Positions 42,260 to 50,570 of a stretch of 62,498 nucleotides of DNA are shown piece by piece. A program made the position numbers and the translations under genes. The notes below the pieces were generated by a model. That model was not told the origin of the DNA and searched no databases. It saw only the letters and a list, made by a program, of their open reading frames with translations. This DNA comes from an uncultured Gammaproteobacteria bacterium (GTDB lineage Bacteria; Patescibacteriota; Patescibacteriia; UBA9934; GWF2-40-263): contig CAYHRJ010000001.1 of NCBI GenBank assembly GCA_964359095.1, positions 1 to 62,498 of the forward strand, written 5' to 3'. How positions within the stretch are numbered: the stretch's first letter is position 1; the number at the start of each line of letters is the position of its first letter.

Positions 42260-44902
42260 CTAAGCTTCCACGGGAAGTTTAGCTCCAGTCTTGAAAAGAA
42301 AAAATTCCTTCGTAAGTTCAATGGCCACGAGCTTCATCATCCCGATAAACAGGAGCAATCCCCACGCAGAGAGCGTTAACGGAACGATCTCAAACACAGA
42401 CTGAAAAAATGGATGAATAAGTGCCAAAGCCATCAATCCAAATCCTATTCCAACTCCCGCAAGCAGCCAAGGGTTAGAAAACGGATTGATGCGGAAGATC
42501 GTGCGACGAAAACTTTTGACAGCGAAAATGTACAAAAGTGAATCAATACCCACAGCCGCAAACATGATGGAACGAATCGTTTCAATGTTCTCACCGGTCT
42601 TCAGAAGCCACAGGTACAAGATGAATAAGACGACGTCCGTGATGATCCCAATCACGAAAATAATCGTCAGCATTTCTTGATTGAGCACAGGTTCACGGCG
42701 AGGACGTGGCGGCAACGACATGACATCCTTCTCGCCTGGTTCAAGTGTGAGTCCCACGTTTGGCAGACTATCCGCCACGAGATTGATCCAAAGAATTTGC
42801 GCAGGCAGGAGTGGGATCGGAAGCCCCATAAAAATCGATCCGCTGATGAGCACGATCTCCGTAAATGAATCAGCGAGCAGGTACACCGTGGTCTTTCTGA
42901 TGTTGTCGAAGATCACACGGCCTTCCTCGATCGCAGCCGTGATTGTACCAAGATTATTATCGAGAATCACCATGTCAGACGACTGCTTGGCCACTTCCGT
43001 CCCAGAGCCCACAGCGATGCCAATATCCGCCGCCTTAAGAGCAGGCGCATCGTTCACCCCATCGCCCGTCATCGCCACCACCTCACCACGTGCCTGCCAT
43101 GCGTTCACAATTCTGATCTTGTGACGCGGTTCAACACGGGCGTAGATCGTAATCAGATTCACTCGACTTGCAAACTCCTCATCACTCCACGCATCCAACT
43201 CTGCACCAGTCACGACAGAATCTGGTCCCGCCATGAGTCCAGCTTGAGCTCCGATCGCGCGTGCTGTTTCTGGATGATCACCGGTGATCATGATCGTACG
43301 AACTCCTGCTTTGGTCGCTGCCTCGATCTGCTCACCCACCGACGCGCGCAACGGATCATGCAAGCCAACGAATCCCAAAAACACAAAATCGACTTGATCA
43401 GAAGCCGTGACGGTTCCCTGCGGTGAAGACTGATCCTTTTGTGCAAGCGCAATCAGACGAATACCTTGGCGCGTAAGGGTGAGCTCCTGTGCTTCAAGTC
43501 CGGCAAGTCGATCCTGCGTAAGTTTCACCGTCTCGCCCCCAAGCTCCATCTGGCTGCAACGCGGAAGGACGGAACTCGAGGCGCCCTTGAGCAACGACCG
43601 AGATCCTTCCTCCCATCGGTGGACAGTCATCATGAATTTCTTTGCCGAATCAAACGGAACTTCTGCGACTCTTGGATGCAACGTGAGCAGTGACTCACGA
43701 TCCTTGCGCAGACCCACGTAGGCATCGAGCAAGGCACGCTCAGTTGGCGTCCCTCGCGCTTCCCCATCAGACGAGAGGATGGCGTCATTGCACAAAGCCA
43801 TCACCATGAGCATCGACTCAATTGTCGATGAGGACTCTGGGAGTGCCTCGATCGCGTGGCTCTCGTTCGCTGTCACAAAATGCGTCACGCGCATCTGACC
43901 TTCGGTGATCGTCCCTGTTTTGTCTGTACAGATGACAGACACCGAACCGAGCGTCTCGGCAGCCACGAGTTTACGCACGAGAGATTTGCGCTTGAGAATC
44001 CGCTGCATGCCGATCGCCAAAATAATCGTGACTGAGACCGCTAATCCTTCTGGAATCGCCGCAACCGCGAGTGCGACGGACACAGAGAACATCTCCAGAG
44101 CTGAGCGACCAGTGAGCACGCCCACAACAAATAACACGACAACCAAAAAAAGCATGAGTCCCGCAATCCACCGAGCCATCTGTTTCAATTGCTGCTGAAG
44201 CGGCGTCACAGCCTCTGGTGTTTTTTCGACAAGCGTTGCGATTCTCCCAAGCTCTGTCTCCTTTCCCGTTCCGACAACCACGGCTCGACCGCGTCCTGCC
44301 ACCACAGACGTTCCCGCATAGACCATGTTTGTACGATCACCCAAAGCGGTCTCTTGGTCGAGAGGATCAACCTGCTTTTGCTCAGGCACAGATTCACCCG
44401 TAAGTGTGGCCTCGTTCACCTGAAGTTCAACGACCTCGACCAACCGTGCGTCAGCGGTCACTCGGTCACCGGTGTGTAGAATGAGGATGTCCCCTGGCAC
44501 TACGTCGCGCGCATCGATGTCAACTTCCGTTCCCTCTCGTAGCACCAATGCGCGAGGTTGGATGAGAGACCGCAAACGCTCAAGCGATTTATTCGCCTTG
44601 TACTCCTGCACAAACCCAACGATCGTATTCAGAACAACCGCCGCCATAATCACCCCCGCATCGACCCATTCAGCCAAATAGGCACTGGCTCCAGCCGCAC
44701 AGATCAAAATCAAAATAAGCGGACTCAAGAGCTGTCGCGCAAGAATCGCTGTCCATCCATCTCCTTTTTTCTCCGGAAGCGCATTTCGACCGTATTGTGT
44801 TTTTCGAGCAGCAACTTCTGCCGCATCAAGTCCACGCGATGTCGTGGCCAAATTTTCAAGGACGAGCTCAGCCGAGTATTGAAACCAAAGAGATTCAGAC
44901 AT
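42260..44902 (-). CDS. P-type cation-transporting ATPase (type II, Ca2+/Mg2+-like)
   Basis: CTDKTGTIT phosphorylation site, TGES, MITGDH and [11 protein letters not shown] motifs, with about 10 TM helices. Confidence 0.9.
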   Translation of the reverse strand: MSESLWFQYSAELVLENLATTSRGLDAAEVAARKTQYGRNALPEKKGDGWTAILARQLLSPLILILICAAGASAYLAEWVDAGVIMAAVVLNTIVGFVQEYKANKSLERLRSLIQPRALVLREGTEVDIDARDVVPGDILILHTGDRVTADARLVEVVELQVNEATLTGESVPEQKQVDPLDQETALGDRTNMVYAGTSVVAGRGRAVVVGTGKETELGRIATLVEKTPEAVTPLQQQLKQMARWIAGLMLFLVVVLFVVGVLTGRSALEMFSVSVALAVAAIPEGLAVSVTIILAIGMQRILKRKSLVRKLVAAETLGSVSVICTDKTGTITEGQMRVTHFVTANESHAIEALPESSSTIESMLMVMALCNDAILSSDGEARGTPTERALLDAYVGLRKDRESLLTLHPRVAEVPFDSAKKFMMTVHRWEEGSRSLLKGASSSVLPRCSQMELGGETVKLTQDRLAGLEAQELTLTRQGIRLIALAQKDQSSPQGTVTASDQVDFVFLGFVGLHDPLRASVGEQIEAATKAGVRTIMITGDHPETARAIGAQAGLMAGPDSVVTGAELDAWSDEEFASRVNLITIYARVEPRHKIRIVNAWQARGEVVAMTGDGVNDAPALKAADIGIAVGSGTEVAKQSSDMVILDNNLGTITAAIEEGRVIFDNIRKTTVYLLADSFTEIVLISGSIFMGLPIPLLPAQILWINLVADSLPNVGLTLEPGEKDVMSLPPRPRREPVLNQEMLTIIFVIGIITDVVLFILYLWLLKTGENIETIRSIMFAAVGIDSLLYIFAVKSFRRTIFRINPFSNPWLLAGVGIGFGLMALALIHPFFQSVFEIVPLTLSAWGLLLFIGMMKLVAIELTKEFFLFKTGAKLPVEA

Positions 44903-45000
44903 AGTGGTTCTATTCTACCCGCTCTTCAGACAAAACCAAACCATCGTCTGACCAGTTGCCTGTCAAATCAAAACCTGTTATATTTTCCGGCGTCAAACAT

Positions 45001-45075
45001 GCGCTGGTAGCTCAGGGGTAGAGCAAGAGCCTTTTAAGCTCGTGGTCGTGGGTTCAAATCCCACCCAGCGCACCA
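45001..45075 (+). tRNA. tRNA-Lys (anticodon TTT), CCA encoded
   Basis: Acceptor gcgctgg/ccagcgc, anticodon loop cTTTTaa and T arm gtggg-ttcaaat-cccac. Confidence 0.88.
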
Positions 45076-45263
45076 ACAAAAAGATATCAGCCCTGCTGGT
45101 GTCTTTTTGTTCATGGAGCCCTGGGTGGAATTTGAACGGGAGGGGTGCTCGAGGGGAACGGGAGTTCCCCTCGATAGGTCGATGTTGAGGGGGGGGTAAC
45201 AGCGAGCGGAGCGAGCGCCATAGGGGGAACGCCGTTCCCCCTTGGAAGGCCGGAGGCCGTGTG

Positions 45264-45320
45264 AAATTCCCACCCAGCGCACCAAAAAAGATTTCAGCCA
45301 TGCTGGAATCTTTTTTGTTT
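45264..45320. repeat. Duplicate of the tRNA-Lys 3' end plus its terminator
   Basis: aaattcccacccagcgcaccaaaaaagatttcagccatgctggaatctttttt compared with 45056-45111. The duplicate also serves as the terminator region for murG. Confidence 0.85.
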
Positions 45321-46371
45321 ACAGAGCCATCCCTTGCACCATCGTAGCGAGTTCATCTGCGACATCGGTTCTGAGTTTGTGATGCATCTTTTGTCCGAGA
45401 GACTGTCGCTGAACTGAATCCTGCAAGAGACTCTCGATTTTTTGAAGAAGTATCTCGCTTGTCGTTGATCGTTGATCCAAGACCACACAGGCATCGGCAA
45501 CGGCAGCTGCGTTTTTTACCTGCGCGGAGTGTGGCAACGGGATCATCACAGCGGCTTTCCCAAGCGCGGCGAGTTCGGTGATGGTTCCCATGCCGGCGCG
45601 GCAAACGATCACATCAGCCACGGCATAAGCATCTGACATTTCATCTTTTAGAAACTCTTTCACGAGATAATTCGGTAAAGATAGCAAAGACAATTTCTTC
45701 CCTCGACCTGTGAGATGGATGACGTTTGTCTTTACAAGGAGCCGCTCCACAATCTTGCTCGTCATTTCGTTCAACCAACTCGCTCCTGTTCCTCCACCGA
45801 AAATAACAATGGTTGGTTTGTTTTCATCCAATGAAAATCTCTCTTTCGCACGTGCCGCGGAACCAGAGAGCACACTCTTCCTCACAGGATTCCCAACGAG
45901 ACGCGCTTTCCGTCCAAGCGCGCGTCGATTCACCTCCCATGCAACTGTCACGCGAGCAGCAAGCGGAGCGGTAAGGCGACTCGTGAGTGTCATCCCTACG
46001 TCTTGATGATGAACCCAAACGGAAACGCCAAACAATTTCGCAGCAATCACAACTGGCACGGCTGTGTATCCTCCAGCGGAGGCGACCACGTCTGGTTTTT
46101 CAAAGCGAATAATCTGCGCCGCCTTCATGAGCGCTGCGAGAAATCTAAACGGAAGGAACAACCACTCCAAGCTCAGCACTCGAGGACATCGCGTAACAGG
46201 CAACGCAAAAAACTGAAACCCAGCTCCCTCAACAACAGAACGCTCTGGTCCATGTGGCGTCCCAATCCAAACACTCTCGATGTGTGAATCGATTTTTTTT
46301 AACGCCTCATGAACGGCCAACAGCGGCGTCACAGGACCCATGGTTCCTCCACCGGTGAATAGAATTTTCAT
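45319..46371 (-). CDS. murG: Undecaprenyldiphospho-muramoylpentapeptide beta-N-acetylglucosaminyltransferase
   Basis: MKILFTGGGTMGP G-loop and the GT28 C-terminal domain. It is in dcw context after ftsW. Confidence 0.9.
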   Translation of the reverse strand: MKILFTGGGTMGPVTPLLAVHEALKKIDSHIESVWIGTPHGPERSVVEGAGFQFFALPVTRCPRVLSLEWLFLPFRFLAALMKAAQIIRFEKPDVVASAGGYTAVPVVIAAKLFGVSVWVHHQDVGMTLTSRLTAPLAARVTVAWEVNRRALGRKARLVGNPVRKSVLSGSAARAKERFSLDENKPTIVIFGGGTGASWLNEMTSKIVERLLVKTNVIHLTGRGKKLSLLSLPNYLVKEFLKDEMSDAYAVADVIVCRAGMGTITELAALGKAAVMIPLPHSAQVKNAAAVADACVVLDQRSTTSEILLQKIESLLQDSVQRQSLGQKMHHKLRTDVADELATMVQGMAL

Positions 46372-46455
46372 AGGGAGTAGGTGATAGGTTTTAGGTGGTA
46401 GGGATCGGAAGCCGGATTTCGAACTCCGGACTTCGACTATAACCTACAACCTACA
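46372..46455. repeat. TAGG-rich intercistronic hairpin (PE-D) between ftsW and murG
   Basis: Exact 18-mer TAGGTTTTAGGTGGTAGG at 46385-46402. The right arm is tataacctacaacctaca. Confidence 0.8.
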
Positions 46456-47583
46456 TGCTTTCGACACATTCAGCATCACTCCAACTGCAGCCATGGAAAT
46501 GGCGAGTGATGTTCCTCCGTAGCTGATGAATGGCAGTGGAATGCCGGTCATTGGCATGAGAGCCACCATGGAGGCGATGTTCACAAGTGCCTGAATCACA
46601 ATCCATGCAGCAATACCCACAACCACGTATTTGGAAAAGTTGTCTGGAGCGCGAGATGCAATCGAAAGCGCTCGCCAAAGAAAAAACAAAAACAGGAAGA
46701 GCACGAGAACACAAACAACAAACCCCATCTCCTCTCCGATCACGGCAAAAATTGAATCGCTCCCGACCTCTGGAAGGTATTGAAATTTTTGTCGCGAGTG
46801 ACCGTAACCGACTCCGAGAAATCCACCTGAGCCGATCGCGAGCAACGCCTGGTTGATGTGATAACCGATGCCGAGTGGATCGAGCTCTGGGTGGAGAAAT
46901 GTCGTGAGACGTGCGGTGCGATAGGGAGCCGTGGTGATGAGCAAAGCCAATCCTGCGATGCCGGCGGTGATGAGACCCAGGACGTGGGTCATAGGAGCGC
47001 CTGCGACAAAGTAGACGACCAGCGACATCGCCACAATCACGGACATCGTTCCCACGTCCGGCTGCAAACCCATGAGCAACATAATCGCTCCCAGCACAAG
47101 GACGAATGGAAGAAATCCTGCATGCACATCACGAACAGCGTGCTTATCTCGCCCACCAAGCCAGGCGGCTAAATAAAACAAAAACGTCAGCTTCACGATC
47201 TCGGAAGGTTGAATCGAGAACACACCGCCAATCGAGATCCAGCTGTGAGCCGTACCGATCCCGGCGGATAGTCCAGGAATGAACACGAGAATCAGCAGAG
47301 CGATCGAGAGAATCAGCAAATGCCATGCATGCGATTTCCAAAACGTATACGGGATGCGAGAAAAAGCCAGCAGCCCAGCGATTCCTGGAATGAATCCGAA
47401 AATGATCTGGTGCTTGAGAAAATAATATGAATCAGAAAACTCCGTGTACCCGCTTGGTGCAGAAGCGGAGAGCAGCATCGTGAGTCCAAACAAGATGATC
47501 GTTCCAACGATCCCCAGTAAGAGGTAATCCATTGAACCAGTGGATCGATTCATGTTATTTCGCGAGAGCATCAAGGAGAACAA
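46444..47583 (-). CDS. ftsW: SEDS-family peptidoglycan glycosyltransferase FtsW/RodA
   Basis: 10-TM SEDS protein between mraY and murG. Alternative ATG starts are at 47571 and 47553. Confidence 0.88.
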   Translation of the reverse strand: MFSLMLSRNNMNRSTGSMDYLLLGIVGTIILFGLTMLLSASAPSGYTEFSDSYYFLKHQIIFGFIPGIAGLLAFSRIPYTFWKSHAWHLLILSIALLILVFIPGLSAGIGTAHSWISIGGVFSIQPSEIVKLTFLFYLAAWLGGRDKHAVRDVHAGFLPFVLVLGAIMLLMGLQPDVGTMSVIVAMSLVVYFVAGAPMTHVLGLITAGIAGLALLITTAPYRTARLTTFLHPELDPLGIGYHINQALLAIGSGGFLGVGYGHSRQKFQYLPEVGSDSIFAVIGEEMGFVVCVLVLFLFLFFLWRALSIASRAPDNFSKYVVVGIAAWIVIQALVNIASMVALMPMTGIPLPFISYGGTSLAISMAAVGVMLNVSKACRL

Positions 47584-48613
47584 AAGAAACGCCCACGGCC
47601 GCGGCGATCATGGAGATCACCCAGAGTCTCATCACGATTTGAGGTTCAGGCCAACCGATCGCCTCAAGGTGATGATGGAACGGGGAGGATTTGAACAAGC
47701 GCCGTTTGAAAACATGCCGGAAAAAAAGTTGAACGAGAACCGAGAGTGATTCGATCACAAAGACAAAACCAATAATCGGCAAAAACAGCGCCGAGTTCGT
47801 AAGCATGGCGACGACTCCCAACGTGACTCCCAAGGACATGGCTCCCGTATCTCCCATAAAAAACTTGGCTGGATGAATGTTAAACCAAAGAAATGCAAGC
47901 AACGCACCCAAGACCACGCCACAAAAAACCGCCAGATCGTAGTGACCCTGAGCAAACGCGATCAAGGCATACGCTCCGAAGGATGTGAGAAGCGCTCCAC
48001 CAGCAAGACCATCAAGTCCATCTGCTTCGTTGACCGAGAAGGCGGTTGAGACAATCACGAGAATGAAAAACGGCACATACCAAAATCCGATATTAAAATC
48101 GCCTACAAACGGAATATGCAGCAGATCCCAATCGAGCTTCACCCGAAACCACCAAGCACCCACCACCGCAATCGCGGTGTAGATGAGCAATCGATGACGC
48201 ATGCGCAGTCCTCCTCCCTTGGGACCGATTCCTCGCACATTAAAATAGTCATCGATAAACCCAACGAGTGCGGAGGCAACGAGCGCGCCCAGTGGTAACA
48301 GTGTTTCAGAACGCGTGAGAAAATTCATGCGCGAAAGCAGTGAGTCTTCTGCTAGGAATGGAGCCAGATAGTAAAGGACAACTGCGAGCACGAGAACTGT
48401 CCACCAGATGAGAATGCCACCCATCGTTGGTGTCCCGCGTTTTTTTTCGTGAAGCTTGGCAAACACTGGTGCGTCACTCATAGCGCGAATCGACTTACCA
48501 ATGTTCCATGTTTGCAACGCTCGTACGAGCAGCGGCGCCCAGGCAAATGCAACCACAAACGCAACGGCTGAGAGAAGAAGCACACGAACGATTTCAAACG
48601 ATTCAAGATTCAT
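47555..48613 (-). CDS. mraY: Phospho-N-acetylmuramoyl-pentapeptide-transferase
   Basis: MraY motifs GTPTMGG, NVRGIGPKGGG, NEADGLDGLA and FMGDTGS. Start set at the ATG at 48613. Confidence 0.92.
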   Translation of the reverse strand: MNLESFEIVRVLLLSAVAFVVAFAWAPLLVRALQTWNIGKSIRAMSDAPVFAKLHEKKRGTPTMGGILIWWTVLVLAVVLYYLAPFLAEDSLLSRMNFLTRSETLLPLGALVASALVGFIDDYFNVRGIGPKGGGLRMRHRLLIYTAIAVVGAWWFRVKLDWDLLHIPFVGDFNIGFWYVPFFILVIVSTAFSVNEADGLDGLAGGALLTSFGAYALIAFAQGHYDLAVFCGVVLGALLAFLWFNIHPAKFFMGDTGAMSLGVTLGVVAMLTNSALFLPIIGFVFVIESLSVLVQLFFRHVFKRRLFKSSPFHHHLEAIGWPEPQIVMRLWVISMIAAAVGVSFVLLDALAK

Positions 48614-49008
48614 ACGTTTATGAGGATGATGAGCGTCATGGCGATCAGGAGGATGAGCTGTAACAGTGGCGTGGAGATCGCGAAAAACCACGAGAGTGTT
48701 TTCTGTCGTCGAAACGACAAAATTTCAATGAAGCAATTCAGGAGCAAAAAAAAGAACCCAAGAATGGGAATGAAAAAAATCTGATACAACGAACCGAACC
48801 GATCAACGCCAAGATAAATGTTGTAGTGAAGCGCGATGAATGGCACCTCAGAGGCAAGAGGTACCAGCCGCAAGATGGGCAACACAAACGTCACAACCAA
48901 AAATAAGATCGACACTATGAAGGCCACTCGTGTGTTTCCGCTTGACCGCCAGAGTTCCACCGCATCCTTCCCAAACTGCTCGAACGATTTTTTGTAATGG
49001 TGTTTCAC
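48610..49008 (-). CDS. Small integral membrane protein, unknown function
   Basis: 132 aa with 4 hydrophobic helices. Its stop overlaps the mraY start (ATGA). Confidence 0.55.
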   Translation of the reverse strand: MKHHYKKSFEQFGKDAVELWRSSGNTRVAFIVSILFLVVTFVLPILRLVPLASEVPFIALHYNIYLGVDRFGSLYQIFFIPILGFFFLLLNCFIEILSFRRQKTLSWFFAISTPLLQLILLIAMTLIILINV

Positions 49009-49011
49009 ATT

Positions 49012-49257
49012 TCAGACAGCGACGACCTCTTTAATTTCAGGCATGGCATCTTTCAAAGCTGCTTCTACGCCCATCTTGAGAGTGATCTGGGACATCGGAC
49101 AACCAACACAGACTCCCTGCATCTTCATGTGCACAGTACACGTTTCAGGATCATATTTCACGAGTTCAATCCCACCGCCATCTAACCGAAGCGCTGGACG
49201 GACGTGCTCGAGAACCTTTTCAATTTGTTGTTCTATCGATTCAGCCATAGTGATCAT
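49012..49257 (-). CDS. NifU-like (Nfu C-terminal domain) Fe-S cluster protein
   Basis: DGGGIELV...GVCVGCPMS CxxC motif. Confidence 0.8.
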   Translation of the reverse strand: MITMAESIEQQIEKVLEHVRPALRLDGGGIELVKYDPETCTVHMKMQGVCVGCPMSQITLKMGVEAALKDAMPEIKEVVAV

Positions 49258-49283
49258 GATAGCTTTTTTAATTCATTTCGTAA

Positions 49284-49312
49284 AACCAAAAACATCGCGC
49301 GAACGATGTTTT
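49284..49312 (-). terminator. Intrinsic terminator after rpmA
   Basis: aaaacatcg-cgcgaa-cgatgtttt with a flanking T-run on the minus strand. Confidence 0.65.
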
Positions 49313-49318
49313 CTTGGA

Positions 49319-49600
49319 TTACTTCTGAACGCTCACATTTGCAAACTTACGATGCTTCATGACTCCGTGAAAATTTGCCACTTTTTTCTGAGTAAACTTG
49401 ACGATGCCTTTCACCGCCGCGTAGAGCGTATCGTCCTTGCCGCGCAGAACGCTTTTCCCTGGATGGATTTTGGTGCCGCGCTGGCGAACAATGATTTGTC
49501 CAGAGAGTGCATACTGACCATCGGCGATCTTCACGCCCAGTCGCTGTCCTGCGGAATCACGACCGAGCTGTGTAGAACCGCCTGCTTTTTTATGTGCCAT
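49319..49600 (-). CDS. rpmA: 50S ribosomal protein L27
   Basis: [24 protein letters not shown]...[10 protein letters not shown]. Start set at the ATG at 49600. Confidence 0.93.
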   Translation of the reverse strand: MAHKKAGGSTQLGRDSAGQRLGVKIADGQYALSGQIIVRQRGTKIHPGKSVLRGKDDTLYAAVKGIVKFTQKKVANFHGVMKHRKFANVSVQK

Positions 49601-49651
49601 ATTGTTGGGAATTTGGAATGAGGAATGAGGAAGTAGGAATACTCGAAAGAG

Positions 49652-49814
49652 TAGACCTGTTACCAAATAAGCTTATAGCCGAAAAATGTCAGATTCGAGC
49701 GAAAGTCGTTTGAGGAAACCGAAGAATAGCCTTAGCTATTTTGAGGTTTTCGAAAATGGCTTGCAGCCGAATATGACGTTTTGCAGGCATAAGATTATTT
49801 GGCAACAGGTCTAG
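49652..49814. repeat. 163-nt long imperfect hairpin (MITE-like or structured RNA)
   Basis: Terminal arms tagacctgttaccaaataagcttat and ataagattatttggcaacaggtcta, with further internal pairing. Confidence 0.75.
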
Positions 49815-49837
49815 TGTAGCGGAGAGGAAAAAGACTG

Positions 49838-50155
49838 TCAATCTAAGCTAGCTGTACAGCTCGCTGTGTGTCCCAATAGTGATAAAAAAACAGTCTCTTC
49901 GTGAAGATGACGATACACGACTCGAAAATCACCTGTTACGTTGATACTCCGATAGGCGCGATATTCTCCGGAAAGTTTGTGATTATTCAGGAGTGGATGA
50001 AACGGATCAAGCGTAAACAACGTTAAACGTTCCTTCACCTGCCCCTGAAGCTTTTTTGATAAAAAAAAATTGAGTCGTCCAAAAAATTGTTCGCGAATCG
50101 ATTCTGGAAATTTTTTGAGTTGCGTTTCAAACTTTTTATGAAACCTCACTTGCAT
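49838..50155 (-). CDS. RelE/YafQ-family type II toxin, C-terminus frameshifted in an A7/T7 run
   Basis: DPFHPLLNNHKLSGEYRAYRSINVTGDFRVVY is a RelE/YafQ-like core. The canonical ending ITIGTHSELYS-stop is readable in another frame downstream of the homopolymer at 49884-49890. Confidence 0.7.
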   Translation of the reverse strand: MQVRFHKKFETQLKKFPESIREQFFGRLNFFLSKKLQGQVKERLTLFTLDPFHPLLNNHKLSGEYRAYRSINVTGDFRVVYRHLHEETVFLSLLGHTASCTASLD

Positions 50156-50439
50156 ACCGATTTTAAATGCGCAATGGCATTATCAGCGGTACGAAATGTG
50201 CGACTCAAATTCTTTTTTGATGAGAGATCAGCCAATTGAGTTTTCAACAGTTTCGCCGTTCTACCATTTGGAACAACTGCTGGCACATCATCCGCGAACG
50301 TAATGCAGCGATCGCGTACAAACAATTGTAAAGAACGCGACAACACCGCGTTAAGAGAGATTCCGCACATCTCGGCCAACTGTTGAGCGTCTGCTTTCAA
50401 ACGTGGGTCTGTTTTTAATAAAATAGTTGCTGATTTCAT
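50146..50439 (-). CDS. RelB/DinJ-family antitoxin (ribbon-helix-helix)
   Basis: The N-terminal ILLKTDPRLKADAQQLAEMCGISLNAVLSRSLQLFV resembles DinJ. It overlaps the toxin gene by 10 nt. Confidence 0.7.
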   Translation of the reverse strand: MKSATILLKTDPRLKADAQQLAEMCGISLNAVLSRSLQLFVRDRCITFADDVPAVVPNGRTAKLLKTQLADLSSKKNLSRTFRTADNAIAHLKSVCK

Positions 50440-50443
50440 AAGT

Positions 50444-50491
50444 ATATCTATTTGATATTCTCATCCTATCGAATTCTGACTTCCTTGTCAA
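50444..50491 (-). promoter_or_regulatory. TA operon promoter with inverted-repeat operator candidate
   Basis: On the minus strand: TTGACA-17 nt-TAGGAT. An inverted repeat atatc-N5-gatat lies at 50444-50458, between the -10 and the ATG. Confidence 0.55.
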
Positions 50492-50570
50492 AAAAACACA
50501 TGCCTATTTGGCAAACGGATACCGGAGAAAGCTGCTGACAGGTCTATCACGATTAGACTGCCGGCGGAGC

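Noticed and set aside
42252-42290. ggagctaagcttcc/ggaagtttagctcc hairpin overlapping the last 11 codons of the P-type ATPase, with the 14-mer ggagctaagcttcc also at 58211-58224
   Set aside because: There are only two copies, and it is compatible with an ordinary terminator partly inside the coding end. That is not enough to define a family.
45113-45270. Possible long-variable-arm tRNA or pseudo-tRNA on the minus strand (ends ...GTTCAAATTCCACCCAGGGCTCCA)
   Set aside because: No complementary T-stem or 5' acceptor strand is present. I interpret it as an inverted, decayed fragment of a tRNA 3' end.
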